Origin: an uncultured Candidatus Berkelbacteria bacterium
GTDB taxonomy: Bacteria > Patescibacteriota > UBA1384 > UBA12157
DNA length: 64,000 nt
Direction of reading: 5' to 3'
Assembly (NCBI GenBank): GCA_903877885.1
Contig: CAIRFN010000004.1
Span: forward strand, 19,869 to 83,868
In this document: positions 19,850 to 29,644 of the stretch, piece by piece
Position numbering within the stretch: position 1 is the first letter of the stretch
Layout: each line of letters begins with the position of its first letter
Made by a program: the position numbers and the translations under genes
The notes under the pieces: model-generated
Seen by the model: the letters and a program-made list of their open reading frames with translations, nothing else
Databases searched by the model: none
Told to the model about the DNA's origin: nothing

Positions 19850-20965
19850 ATGAAACTACATGTTTTAGAAATAATTGGCGATAGTTCTTTGGCGGGGGCG
19901 CCTCGTCATCTTTTGTCGATTTTGGAAAACTTAGATACCGACAAATTCCAAACCAGTTGCATTTGTCCGCCCGGCGAGTTGGCCAATGAAATCCGACATA
20001 TTCATCGTCACATTAGCCTGGAAACGATCCGGATGAACTCGCGATTCGATTTGAAAGCGATTGGCAAAATCCGTCATTTTGTTAAACTTCATCAACCGGA
20101 TTTGATTCATGTTCATGGCACTCGCGCCGGCGCTTTGGGCCGGCTGGCCTCGATTGGTCTGGGAAAGCCAGTTATTTACACTGAACATTTGTGGACGAAA
20201 AATTTCCAACTAAATAACCGACTTTTGAATTATCTTCACCATATTGGCGGTTGGTTTTTGGATTTATTTACGACTCAAAATATTGCTGTTAGTCAAGCAG
20301 TCAAAGATTTTATGATCGAGGCTAATATTAGCTACGCTGATAAAATCAAAGTGATTTATAATGGCATTGAGCCAACCAAAACTCGGGCCGATATTTTTCA
20401 AAATGGTCAGGAAATTTGGCTAGGCACAGTCGGTACTTTAATTCCTTTGAAAGGTATTCAATATTTGTTGAAAGCCATGCCGATTATTCGTCAGCAATTT
20501 CCAGAAGTTCATTTGGAAATCATTGGCGAAGGTCCGTATCGAAAAAAGCTGGAAAAACAAACCAAAAAATTAAAATTAACCAAATTTGTTAAATTTGCCG
20601 GTTTTCAAGCTGATGTAGAAAAAAGTTTAGCTAAATTGGATTTATATGTTCAGCCGTCGGTTTCGGAAAGTTTTGGTTTGGCCATTGTCCAAGCCATGTC
20701 GGTGGGCTTGCCGGTTGTGGCGACGCGTACCGGCGGCATTCCGGAATTAGTAACCGAAGGAAAATCCGGCATTCTGATTGAAGCTGGCAATTCCAAAGCG
20801 ATTGCCGAAGCAGTTTTAAAATTGCTTTTCGACCACTCTCTGGCTCGCAAAATGGGCGAAATGGCCCGCCGCGAATCAACTGTTAGATTTAACCTTAAAG
20901 ATATGATCCTGGATGTGGAGAACTTGTATGAAGAAGTGGTTAAAAACCCTACTTTCCCTCAATAG
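19850..20965 (+). CDS. Glycosyltransferase family 4
   Basis: KGIQYLL, SESFGLAIVQAM..G.PVVAT..GG..E GT4 motif. Confidence 0.92.
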   Translation: MKLHVLEIIGDSSLAGAPRHLLSILENLDTDKFQTSCICPPGELANEIRHIHRHISLETIRMNSRFDLKAIGKIRHFVKLHQPDLIHVHGTRAGALGRLASIGLGKPVIYTEHLWTKNFQLNNRLLNYLHHIGGWFLDLFTTQNIAVSQAVKDFMIEANISYADKIKVIYNGIEPTKTRADIFQNGQEIWLGTVGTLIPLKGIQYLLKAMPIIRQQFPEVHLEIIGEGPYRKKLEKQTKKLKLTKFVKFAGFQADVEKSLAKLDLYVQPSVSESFGLAIVQAMSVGLPVVATRTGGIPELVTEGKSGILIEAGNSKAIAEAVLKLLFDHSLARKMGEMARRESTVRFNLKDMILDVENLYEEVVKNPTFPQ

Positions 20966-21731
20966 TTTAAGAAAAAAACTCGATAATGATCTTTTTTTCC
21001 GCGCCGCGGAATTTAACTATCATATTGAAATTTTGCCAGAATTAGAAGCGACCAGCCAGAAAATTTTGGTTTTAGCACCGCATCCGGATGACGATTGTTT
21101 TGGTTTAGGCGGAACAATTAAAAAAATTACTCAAGCTGGCGGTCAAGTGACGGTGGCTTATTTTTGCGATGGTAGCGGCGGGACCGAAGAAATAAGAAAT
21201 AAGAAAAAAGAAATCAGTTCTAAAGATTTAATTTCGATTCGCAAAGAAGAAGCGAAAAAAACCAAGGAAATTTTGGGAATTTTTGAACAGATTTTTTACG
21301 CCTATCCTGACGGCAAACTAAGCAATTCTGTCACCGCCCAAAAAGCCTTGATTAGTTTGATAAATAAGACCAGACCAGATATAATTTTCTTGCCGTCGAT
21401 GATTGATAATCACCCGGATCATCGGGCGGTCAACGACATTTTGGCCTCGGTAATAAAAACCGTAAACCTAACTTTTCAGGTTTGGCAATACGAGGTTTGG
21501 ACGCCGCTTTCTCCTAATCGAATTGTCTTAATCAATCACGAGCTGAAAGATAAGGAAGAAGCGATGGTGGCACATCAATCGCAACTGGCTACTCGCGGTT
21601 ATGCCCAAGCAATTTTTGGCTTGAACCAATATCGAGCGGAAATGAATAATCAGGCCGGTTTTGCCGAAGCCTTTTTTTCCGCCACACCAGAAATTTATTT
21701 GAAAATGTATCAGATTGTAAATAATAAATAA
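20928..21731 (+). CDS. PIG-L/LmbE family N-acetylglucosaminyl deacetylase
   Basis: APHPDDD, HPDH, HQSQ motifs. Confidence 0.9.
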   Translation: MKKWLKTLLSLNSLRKKLDNDLFFRAAEFNYHIEILPELEATSQKILVLAPHPDDDCFGLGGTIKKITQAGGQVTVAYFCDGSGGTEEIRNKKKEISSKDLISIRKEEAKKTKEILGIFEQIFYAYPDGKLSNSVTAQKALISLINKTRPDIIFLPSMIDNHPDHRAVNDILASVIKTVNLTFQVWQYEVWTPLSPNRIVLINHELKDKEEAMVAHQSQLATRGYAQAIFGLNQYRAEMNNQAGFAEAFFSATPEIYLKMYQIVNNK

Positions 21732-21794
21732 TTTTTTAAGTATTTGACAAGGGGTTGATTTGTAAATAGAATTAATTCTATGAAGGAATAAGAA

Positions 21795-23174
21795 ATGGAA
21801 GAGCAAAAAATCGTAGAAAAATATAATTTGATGTGGAATAGGCTTTTCTTTGAAGAATTTTTTAGTAATCCTGAATTTATGGATTTTGCTAGAAATTTTT
21901 CCGCCGAACGAAGCGATTATACTAAGGGTGCGAATTTTTTGCCAACAACATTGAAACCTAGATTTAATACGCTCAAGCAAGAGGAATTAATTAGAGAATC
22001 AACAGAAAATATAATATCTGCTCTCAAAAAAATAGAACAAGAATTGGTTAAGGGAAATAAAGAATTACAAGATTTTATGGGGCTAAATGAAAATCAAATG
22101 GAAGTCTTGAAGTTTCCATGTCGCTACAAAAATAGCTATTTTTGGGTAAGGTTTGATTGTGCTTTAGAAGATTTGTCACTAAAAGTTCTCGAAATTAATC
22201 TCAATTTTCCGGGTGGTCCAGGATTTTTAGATGAGATTTATGAAAATTTTGCTAAATTAAGCATCATCGATAAGTTTTCAAAGTTCACAGAAATAAAACC
22301 AAACTATGGCCTAAACGAGATATTTTATCAGACCGCATTAAAAAACTATAAAGAAGCGGGATTTGAGGAAAACAAACCAAATATAATCATATTAAAAATG
22401 GATGAACTTGGTTATGCGATGGACTCGGAAAGTGTAAAAAAATATTTTGAAAAAAACGGACACAAAGTTGTAATCGTTGATCCAAGCCGAGTTAAATACG
22501 ATGGTAAATATTTGATTTATGGCGATCACAAAGCCAATTTGATTTTAAAATGGTTTGATATAGATGATTTATTTAAGAAAAAGGGTAAATGTAAAGATTT
22601 TTATAAGGCTCTTAAAGATAATAGTTTAGCCTTAATGAACCCTTTGAGTATTGGAGTTGTAGCCGCTAAAAGCACTTTTGCCGTGATGACTAGCGAAAAA
22701 TATGCTTATCTTTTTTCCGATCAAGAAAAATCATCAATTAATAAATGTATTTTATGGACAAGGATTTTTGGAAATTACGATTCTGAAGATAAGTTGGGTA
22801 AGAAAATAAATTTACTAAAATATGCGAAAGAAAATAAAGACGAGATAGTTTTGAAACCTTCGGTTGGAACTGGCGGTGAAAAAGTCTTCGTAGGTGTTTC
22901 TTATACTGAAAAAGAATGGAACAAGATTATTAATGATATTATTAAAGAGAAAAGGAATTATATAATTCAGGACCGAGTCGAAATAATATCAGAATATTTT
23001 CCAAACATTCATAATGATAGTTTGATATTTGAAAAACGCAGAATAGATTTATTACCATATATCATGGACGAAAAATATTTTTGTTCTGGTTCAAGATGTG
23101 CTAGCGGTTACATTTTAAATGTCAAAGACGGCGCTATCGGCGGAATAAATTACACAATTTTAAATAATCAATAA
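21795..23174 (+). CDS. Circularly permuted ATP-grasp / glutathionylspermidine-synthase-like amidoligase
   Basis: VRFD, LEINLNFPGG, AAKSTFA, VLKPSVGTGGEKV, IIQD; own promoter TTGACA(21744)-17-TAGAAT. Confidence 0.75.
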   Translation: MEEQKIVEKYNLMWNRLFFEEFFSNPEFMDFARNFSAERSDYTKGANFLPTTLKPRFNTLKQEELIRESTENIISALKKIEQELVKGNKELQDFMGLNENQMEVLKFPCRYKNSYFWVRFDCALEDLSLKVLEINLNFPGGPGFLDEIYENFAKLSIIDKFSKFTEIKPNYGLNEIFYQTALKNYKEAGFEENKPNIIILKMDELGYAMDSESVKKYFEKNGHKVVIVDPSRVKYDGKYLIYGDHKANLILKWFDIDDLFKKKGKCKDFYKALKDNSLALMNPLSIGVVAAKSTFAVMTSEKYAYLFSDQEKSSINKCILWTRIFGNYDSEDKLGKKINLLKYAKENKDEIVLKPSVGTGGEKVFVGVSYTEKEWNKIINDIIKEKRNYIIQDRVEIISEYFPNIHNDSLIFEKRRIDLLPYIMDEKYFCSGSRCASGYILNVKDGAIGGINYTILNNQ

Positions 23175-23175
23175 T

Positions 23176-24321
23176 ATGAATAATATTGAAAGAATAAACG
23201 TTTTATATCCAGAGCAAACCGGAGATTCGGAATCAGAGAAAATTTGGCTTAAAGCGGAAAACTTTATTCAAAATAATCCAGTTGAATTCTCTGAGGATGA
23301 AGAAAGCCAGTTAATGGATAGTTATAGCCAACTCGAATCTCAAGGACTAAACGGTGTTGTCCATATTATTCATCAAGGCTCCGCGACTGGCGAGATGGTC
23401 GCAAGGGAATTACCATCGAGTTTCAAAGAAAAATATTATCATCGCCTTCATATTATAAAAGCCGAAAACAGAGAAAGTCAGTCTGGTTTTGTCAGAGAAG
23501 GTGATACCGTAGTTTATATCTCCCAAGATGGATCGATAGACAAAGAAAATAAGGAAATGCTAGAAGACACTCTTAAAGATAGAGTGGGAATAATTTCCGG
23601 TGGTGGTGATGGCAGCCCAAAAGATAGAATTTATATTCCTCTGCTTAATGCTTTGGAAAGAGAAATAGAGAGTAATACTCCTAGTGCTGGTATTTGTTTG
23701 GGTCATCAGCTTTATGGAGAGCTAATTTTAAGCATGAGAAACAAAGCTACGGAAGGGACGATGCCAGGATATCTTGAAGGCGTTACGTCGATGGAACGAA
23801 TAACTAATAATGGCAAAGAAAATCCGATTTTTTCAAGACTTGGGGAAAGAGTGAATATTGTTTCTTTGAATATGTTTCACCTCGTCATGCCGAAAGGAAC
23901 TGAATCTGGCCAAGATGTTTTTCCACATGGTAAGGTTTTAACGAGAAGTGAGGCCACTGAATATCCAACATCATTGGAATTAAGAGGTGTAGAAGAAGGT
24001 CAGATTATTACGACACAAAGACATCCTGAAGTGGGAATGTGGGGATTTGGCGAAGATGTTATTTTTAAAGATGAAATTATCAATCTTCCGAGCGGTTCGA
24101 AATTAGTTGTACCCGCGGGGAGTCATCCGGATATGATAAAATTCGCAAAATATTTTACTCCTAAACCAATACTTGAGTTTCTGGGGCAGAAATATGGAAT
24201 TACCGAAGAGGATATTCAAAATATGTTTGTAAAAGAAAGAATGACTAAACATTTAGGTAAAGATTTTTATGGTCCAATGCTTAATTACCTAGCTGATTAT
24301 AGATTTAAATTTAATAAATAA
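23176..24321 (+). CDS. Class I glutamine amidotransferase-like protein
   Basis: IISGGG, GICLGHQ nucleophile elbow, QRHPE. Confidence 0.75.
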   Translation: MNNIERINVLYPEQTGDSESEKIWLKAENFIQNNPVEFSEDEESQLMDSYSQLESQGLNGVVHIIHQGSATGEMVARELPSSFKEKYYHRLHIIKAENRESQSGFVREGDTVVYISQDGSIDKENKEMLEDTLKDRVGIISGGGDGSPKDRIYIPLLNALEREIESNTPSAGICLGHQLYGELILSMRNKATEGTMPGYLEGVTSMERITNNGKENPIFSRLGERVNIVSLNMFHLVMPKGTESGQDVFPHGKVLTRSEATEYPTSLELRGVEEGQIITTQRHPEVGMWGFGEDVIFKDEIINLPSGSKLVVPAGSHPDMIKFAKYFTPKPILEFLGQKYGITEEDIQNMFVKERMTKHLGKDFYGPMLNYLADYRFKFNK

Positions 24322-24329
24322 TTATCAAT

Positions 24330-24524
24330 ATGGAAGACAAAAAAGAAGAATTATTATCAATTGTAGAAAGCATAGTTTTATCAGAGTTTTTTACTGAAGA
24401 AGAAAAAGGTGAGGTCTTTCATCTGATAACTGAAGGAAATAAAGACATAGATGAATTGATCGAACTATTGAGAAAATATTTAGTAGCTAAAGTTGCTACT
24501 GGTATTAAAAAAATATCTAATTAA
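24330..24524 (+). CDS. Small helical hypothetical protein
   Basis: 64-aa ORF closely spaced behind the GATase gene. Confidence 0.55.
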   Translation: MEDKKEELLSIVESIVLSEFFTEEEKGEVFHLITEGNKDIDELIELLRKYLVAKVATGIKKISN

Positions 24525-24541
24525 CAGATTCCGGAGGACAC

Positions 24542-25546
24542 ATGAAGATTGCTTTTTTTGAGGTTGCTGACGAAGAAAAAACTTATTTCCAAGAAAAATT
24601 GCCAAATGATGATTTGATTTTTTTGGAAGAACCGCTCGATGAAGATTTTGGCTTAAGTTTAGCCGAAGTGGAAATTTTGTCAGTTTTTATTTATTCCAAA
24701 GTCACCGCCAAAGTCCTTAAAAAAATGCCAAAACTAAAATTGGTGATTACGCGCTCAACCGGGTTTGATCATATCGATTTAGCCTATTGTAAGGAAAACA
24801 AAATTTTAGTCGCCAATGTGCCGCTTTATGGTGAAAACACGGTGGCGGAACATACTTTTGCTTTGATTTTGGCTTTGAGCCGCAAAATCGTCGCCTCCAA
24901 TGAACATATTCGCCACAATAATGATTTCTCGCTGGAAGGTCTGCGCGGTTTTGACTTGGAAGGAAAAACCATTGGCATTATTGGCACCGGTAAAATCGGG
25001 GCCAAAGTGGCGAAAATGGCCAACAGCTTTGGTATGAAAATTATCGCCTTCGATAAATTTCAAAATGAAGATTTGATTAAAAAATATAAAGTCGAATATT
25101 TGCCGCTTAAAAAAGTTCTGGCTGAATCTGATGTTATTTCCTTAAATATGCGTCACACGGCCGAAACGCATCATATGATTAACGCCCAAACGATTGAATC
25201 GATTAAACCTGGCGCCATTTTGGTTAATACCGCCCGCGGCGGTTTGATTGATACGCCGTGCCTTTTGCCGGCGCTGGAATCTGGAAAACTAGCCGGCGTG
25301 GGACTCGACGTTTTGGAAGAAGAAGGCGCGGTCAAGGAAGATATTGCCCTTTCCAGCCGACAGTTTACCCGTCGGAGCTTGATGGTCGGGCTGGCCAACG
25401 CAATGTTGACTCACAAATCTAATGTGATTGTAACGCCTCACAATGCTTTCAATTCGGTCGAGGCTTTTCGCCGAATTATGGATACGACGATCGATGATAT
25501 TCTGGCTTTCCAAAAATCCGAACCGATTAACTTGGTGAAAGAATAA
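24542..25546 (+). CDS. D-2-hydroxyacid (D-lactate-type) dehydrogenase
   Basis: GTGKIG, NTARGG, LDVLEEE, TPHNAF. Confidence 0.9.
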   Translation: MKIAFFEVADEEKTYFQEKLPNDDLIFLEEPLDEDFGLSLAEVEILSVFIYSKVTAKVLKKMPKLKLVITRSTGFDHIDLAYCKENKILVANVPLYGENTVAEHTFALILALSRKIVASNEHIRHNNDFSLEGLRGFDLEGKTIGIIGTGKIGAKVAKMANSFGMKIIAFDKFQNEDLIKKYKVEYLPLKKVLAESDVISLNMRHTAETHHMINAQTIESIKPGAILVNTARGGLIDTPCLLPALESGKLAGVGLDVLEEEGAVKEDIALSSRQFTRRSLMVGLANAMLTHKSNVIVTPHNAFNSVEAFRRIMDTTIDDILAFQKSEPINLVKE

Positions 25547-25564
25547 AATTAGTCTTTCGTATTT

Positions 25565-25641
25565 TGTCATCCTGAGCGTAGCGAAGGATCTAATCTATTA
25601 TGAATAGATTCTTCGCCGCTTTCTAGCGGTTCAGAATGACA
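25565..25641. repeat. TGTCAT...ATGACA-bounded palindromic (REP-like) element
   Basis: tgtcatcctgagcgtagcgaaggatct...agattcttcg...tcagaatgaca; related element at 60894-60978. Confidence 0.65.
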
Positions 25642-25687
25642 TTAGAACTGGATTTTTAACCAGATATATGGTACAATCTTTTTGTAT

Positions 25688-25761
25688 TCCCGGATCGTCT
25701 AATGGCAGGACGATAGGTTCTGGTCCTATAAGTTGGGGTTCGAATCCCTATCCGGGAGCCA
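25688..25761 (+). tRNA. tRNA-Gln(CTG)
   Basis: Acceptor TCCCGGA/TCCGGGA, anticodon arm ATAGG-TTCTGGT-CCTAT, GTTCGAATC, encoded CCA. Confidence 0.93.
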
Positions 25762-25771
25762 ATTAAAATAC

Positions 25772-25843
25772 GGCCTCATCGTCTAACGGTCAGGACACTA
25801 GGTTCTCATCCTAGAAACAGGGGTCCGACTCCCCTTGAGGCTA
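25772..25843 (+). tRNA. tRNA-Glu(CTC)
   Basis: Acceptor GGCCTCA/TGAGGCT, anticodon arm CTAGG-TTCTCAT-CCTAG; T-loop TCCGACT is atypical; no encoded CCA. Confidence 0.85.
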
Positions 25844-25910
25844 AAATGATTTTATGCGCGATTATTGCGCGATTATTGCGCGATTCTAAATAATCGTTTA
25901 TAATATAAAT

Positions 25911-26966
25911 ATGTTTAATCCAAAATATATTCTTTCAAATAAAATCGTATCAATGTTAACTTCAATTGCCGAGTCAAAAGTGATTATTGAACGTGCTAAG
26001 TTATTGCCGAAAAATGAAGTCAGACTTCGTCGTCAAGCTTTGATAAGAATGACTCACAGTTCAACAGAAATTGAGGGTAATATTCTCAACATTCAACAAG
26101 TTGAGCGACTGTTTGCCAATAAAAAGGTTGACGCTCCAGAAAGAGATATTTACGAAGTTGAAAATTATATTAAAGCTCTAAAATATATCGAAACAGTTAT
26201 AGAAGCTAAAAAACCGATAAACAGTACAATTCTTTTAAAAATACATGGACTTGTAACTCATAATACCTTGCCAAAAGAACAATCTGGCCATTTTCGCCAA
26301 AGTCTGATTTATATTGTACAGCGTCGTCTTGGGATGCCGAATAAAGTTATGTATACCGGTCCGGAATCTGATCGTGTATCTGAATTATGCAAAGATCTTT
26401 TTGACTGGTTAGACCAAAGCAAAGAAAAAAATATCAATCCAGTCATCGTCGCCGGTATAGTTCACCAAGAAATTGCCGCTATCCATCCTTTTGCTGATGG
26501 AAACGGCCGAACAGCGCGAGCAATGGCAACTTTAATTCTCTATGAACGTGGTTATGATTTTCGACGACTTTTTGCTTTAGAAGATTATTACAATAAAGAT
26601 CGGTCAAGTTATTATGAAGCAATAAATATTGGAAAGAATTATTCAGAGCGACGGACCGATATTACGTCTTGGCTCGAATATTTTGTGAAAGGTTTTAAAG
26701 GAGAGATTGACTTAGTTAAGGCGCAAATTGCTAATTTATCGCTTCGAAATCTTAATGATAAAATCGAATCAAAGATTTTTCTTGAGAAAGATCAAATGCT
26801 TATTTTGGATTTTATTGATCAGATGGGAAAAATTACGGTTACTGACGTTATCGATATTCTTCATTGTCCGAGACGTACCGCGCAATCTAAACTATTAAAG
26901 CTAAAAGAACTAGGAATAATTATCCAAACAGGAAAGGGCCCATCAACCGCTTATATTTTGAAATAA
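25911..26966 (+). CDS. Fic family protein with C-terminal winged HTH
   Basis: HPFADGNGRTAR Fic motif; SSTEIEGN inhibitory-helix motif. Confidence 0.93.
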   Translation: MFNPKYILSNKIVSMLTSIAESKVIIERAKLLPKNEVRLRRQALIRMTHSSTEIEGNILNIQQVERLFANKKVDAPERDIYEVENYIKALKYIETVIEAKKPINSTILLKIHGLVTHNTLPKEQSGHFRQSLIYIVQRRLGMPNKVMYTGPESDRVSELCKDLFDWLDQSKEKNINPVIVAGIVHQEIAAIHPFADGNGRTARAMATLILYERGYDFRRLFALEDYYNKDRSSYYEAINIGKNYSERRTDITSWLEYFVKGFKGEIDLVKAQIANLSLRNLNDKIESKIFLEKDQMLILDFIDQMGKITVTDVIDILHCPRRTAQSKLLKLKELGIIIQTGKGPSTAYILK

Positions 26967-27164
26967 AAGTATGACAAGACTATTAAAAAACAGGTTTAAG
27001 GTATTAAATTAATTTTAATATTTTGGACCTGTTTTTTAAATTGTTTTTATCCCCTAAAAATGCTAATTACATAGGAAAAATCCAAAATTTTTGTTATAAT
27101 AAAAGGAATGATTATTAACCCAGGCGGAAATATTAGAAGGTGAAAATATAATGTGTAACTTAAT

Positions 27165-27692
27165 ATGAACAATTTTAATTATCAAACCAATTGGCGAAGT
27201 TCCCTCCAAACTATTGTTATTTTTGTCATTATTTTTGCGGCAATTGGATTTGTTGGGGATTATTTTGGAAAAATATCTCTAACAAATCAGCTCCAAACTG
27301 CAGAAAATATAATTGGAAATAATGTTAAAATTGCTCCATTTTATGTTTTAGGCAAAGAAAATATTCTAAATGGTAGCTATAAAAGTTATCTTATAGAATC
27401 ACAAGTTTCTAATTATGATACCAGACAGGAAGCTGAAGGAAAATTCGATTTTATCGGGATTCGGCTCAAGAAAACACCAGATTCATCTACTATCGATAAA
27501 TACTCATCGCTTTTAAAAGATTACAACTTAGATGGAAATCTTCTTTATGTCAACGCCTATCATAGAGGGAAAGTTAACGCTGATATTTTTGATGTTCCAT
27601 ATTCTAATACTAAATTTAAAAAAACTGTTGATCAGGATTTTCCTAGCGTACTTAATGATTTATATCAATTAGCAAGCCAATTAGATCGCTAA
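27165..27692 (+). CDS. Hypothetical protein with N-terminal membrane anchor
   Basis: One N-terminal TM helix; AT-rich. Confidence 0.55.
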   Translation: MNNFNYQTNWRSSLQTIVIFVIIFAAIGFVGDYFGKISLTNQLQTAENIIGNNVKIAPFYVLGKENILNGSYKSYLIESQVSNYDTRQEAEGKFDFIGIRLKKTPDSSTIDKYSSLLKDYNLDGNLLYVNAYHRGKVNADIFDVPYSNTKFKKTVDQDFPSVLNDLYQLASQLDR

Positions 27693-27822
27693 AATAAAAA
27701 TTATCAAAGTCCAGGGTAAAAGAGAACCGTCCCCTAATTTATTGGTTTTTAAATCTTGACATTTCTCATCAATTTGTGCTAGAATTGCTAGTTCTGGGAA
27801 AACCAGAAAATTTGGAGGAGGA

Positions 27823-28353
27823 ATGGTGATGAGAATTGTACTTTTTGTTGTAACGATGTTGATTATGGTTCAAATTGGTTTGGCTTTGCCAATCAATTTG
27901 GCACCAACCCAGTCGGTTCAGGCGGAGCCGGCGATTGTCAGTTCGGATATCACGCTTCTACCCGGAAAGGTTGTGGAAGTAACTTGTGATGCTGGTGGCA
28001 TGATCGAAGAAAATCAAACCATGGCCATCGTTTCACTTAAAGAGGAACAACCAAAAAGTATTAATCGCGATACGGCCAGGTTAATGACGCTTGGGTTAAT
28101 GGTTGTCGACTGGGGCCAAACCCGCGATCTGGTCCAAAATCGAACCAGCCGAGTGGAGTTAAACCCGATGCTTGGACCTCATCCCAGTGTCGGCCAGGTG
28201 GATACGCATTTTGCGTATGGTATGGGTTCGTATCTGTTGCTTCAGACCATCTTACCGGAAAAAATCAAAGACAGTTACAATTTCTTTTGTTTGCTTCTCG
28301 AATCAGTCTGTGCCGATAGTAATAACAGAACAAGTTTAAAAGTCCGTTTCTAA
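27823..28353 (+). CDS. Hypothetical exported/membrane protein
   Basis: Signal peptide, GGAGGAGG RBS, upstream TTGACA...TAGAAT promoter. Confidence 0.6.
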   Translation: MVMRIVLFVVTMLIMVQIGLALPINLAPTQSVQAEPAIVSSDITLLPGKVVEVTCDAGGMIEENQTMAIVSLKEEQPKSINRDTARLMTLGLMVVDWGQTRDLVQNRTSRVELNPMLGPHPSVGQVDTHFAYGMGSYLLLQTILPEKIKDSYNFFCLLLESVCADSNNRTSLKVRF

Positions 28354-28471
28354 AATCAAAAATCAAAAATCCTTTTTTCTACTCCAGGCCCACCGCCTGG
28401 TTTTTTGTTGCAAAATTTTTAAAGTGGCGTAAACTAAAGATACAAAGAAAAATAATTTAAAGGAGATTACT

Positions 28472-28672
28472 ATGGCTGACGAAGCAAAAAAAATCACTGT
28501 TGATCCAGAAAAATGTATTGGTTGCGGCCTTTGCGCTTCAACTTGCCCCGATGTTTTCGCCATGGGCGATGATGGCAAAAGCTATGTCAAAAGTTCTGAA
28601 GCTTGCGCTAATTGCAATTGCCAAGCATCGATCGATGACTGTCCAGCCCATGCCATTAGCTGGGTAGAATAA
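28472..28672 (+). CDS. Ferredoxin
   Basis: CIGCGLC...CP and C-terminal CP. Confidence 0.9.
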   Translation: MADEAKKITVDPEKCIGCGLCASTCPDVFAMGDDGKSYVKSSEACANCNCQASIDDCPAHAISWVE

Positions 28673-28680
28673 GGAGTTAC

Positions 28681-29589
28681 ATGTTAGATTCTATTGTTAT
28701 TGGTGGCGGCCCGGCAGGAATGTCGGCGGCCATCTATTTAATTCGCAAAAAAATGAATATTTTGTTGATCAGTCCGGATTTTGGTGGCCAAGCGGCCAAA
28801 TCTTCCGAAGTGGAAAACTATTTGGGTTTTGAAACCATTTCCGGTCCGGAGCTGATGCAAAAGTTTTCTTCCCATATTGAAAAACTGGGAGTCCAAACTA
28901 AACAAGGCGAAGAAGTAAAATCGATTGCCAAAACCGAAACTGGTTTCATGGTAAAAACAGCCGAAGGCGAATATGAAACCAAAACTGTTTTGATTGCTTC
29001 TGGAAAAATGCCGCGGCGTTTGAATGTGCCGGGCGAAGAAGATTTTTTTGGCAAAGGCATAAGTTACTGCGCTATCTGCGATGGACCGCTTTTTCACGAT
29101 AAAGTTGTGGCTATTATCGGAGGTGGAAATTCCGCTCTCGATGCTGCTTTGGAAATTGAAAAATACGCCGCTAAAGTTGTTTTAGTTAATTTAGAAAAAG
29201 ACTTTATTGGCGATGAAATTAGAAAAGATCGGGTCAAAGAGTCGAAAAAAATCGAAACTATTTTTGAAGCTACTACGACGGAATTTTTTGGCGAACAGTT
29301 TTTGAAAGGCTTAAAATACAAAGATAAAGACGGCCAAATCAAAGAAGTGGCCTGCGACGGCGCGTTTGTCGAAGTTGGCTGGACGCCGGCAACCGGCTTT
29401 GCTAAAGATTTAGTGGAACTAAATCCACTGGCTGAAATCAAAATTGATTTAGAAAATAAAACTAATGTGTCGGGAATTTTTGCCGCTGGCGATGTGACTG
29501 ACATCAAAGAAAAGCAAATTATTATTGCTGCCGGCGAAGGCGCCAAAGCCGCGCTTAACGCCTGGCAATATATCGTGCTGAAGAAATAA
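28681..29589 (+). CDS. trxB: Thioredoxin-disulfide reductase (TrxB/AhpF C-terminal type)
   Basis: GGGPAG, CAICD redox motif, GGGNSA, GIFAAGD. Confidence 0.85.
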   Translation: MLDSIVIGGGPAGMSAAIYLIRKKMNILLISPDFGGQAAKSSEVENYLGFETISGPELMQKFSSHIEKLGVQTKQGEEVKSIAKTETGFMVKTAEGEYETKTVLIASGKMPRRLNVPGEEDFFGKGISYCAICDGPLFHDKVVAIIGGGNSALDAALEIEKYAAKVVLVNLEKDFIGDEIRKDRVKESKKIETIFEATTTEFFGEQFLKGLKYKDKDGQIKEVACDGAFVEVGWTPATGFAKDLVELNPLAEIKIDLENKTNVSGIFAAGDVTDIKEKQIIIAAGEGAKAALNAWQYIVLKK

Positions 29590-29644
29590 ATAATAAAAAC
29601 AAAAAAATACTCTTGAACTCGAGAGTATTTTTTAAATACAAATT

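Noticed and set aside
25772-28353. Prophage or island integrated at tRNA-Glu
   Set aside because: No integrase and no duplicated tRNA 3' end seen in the window
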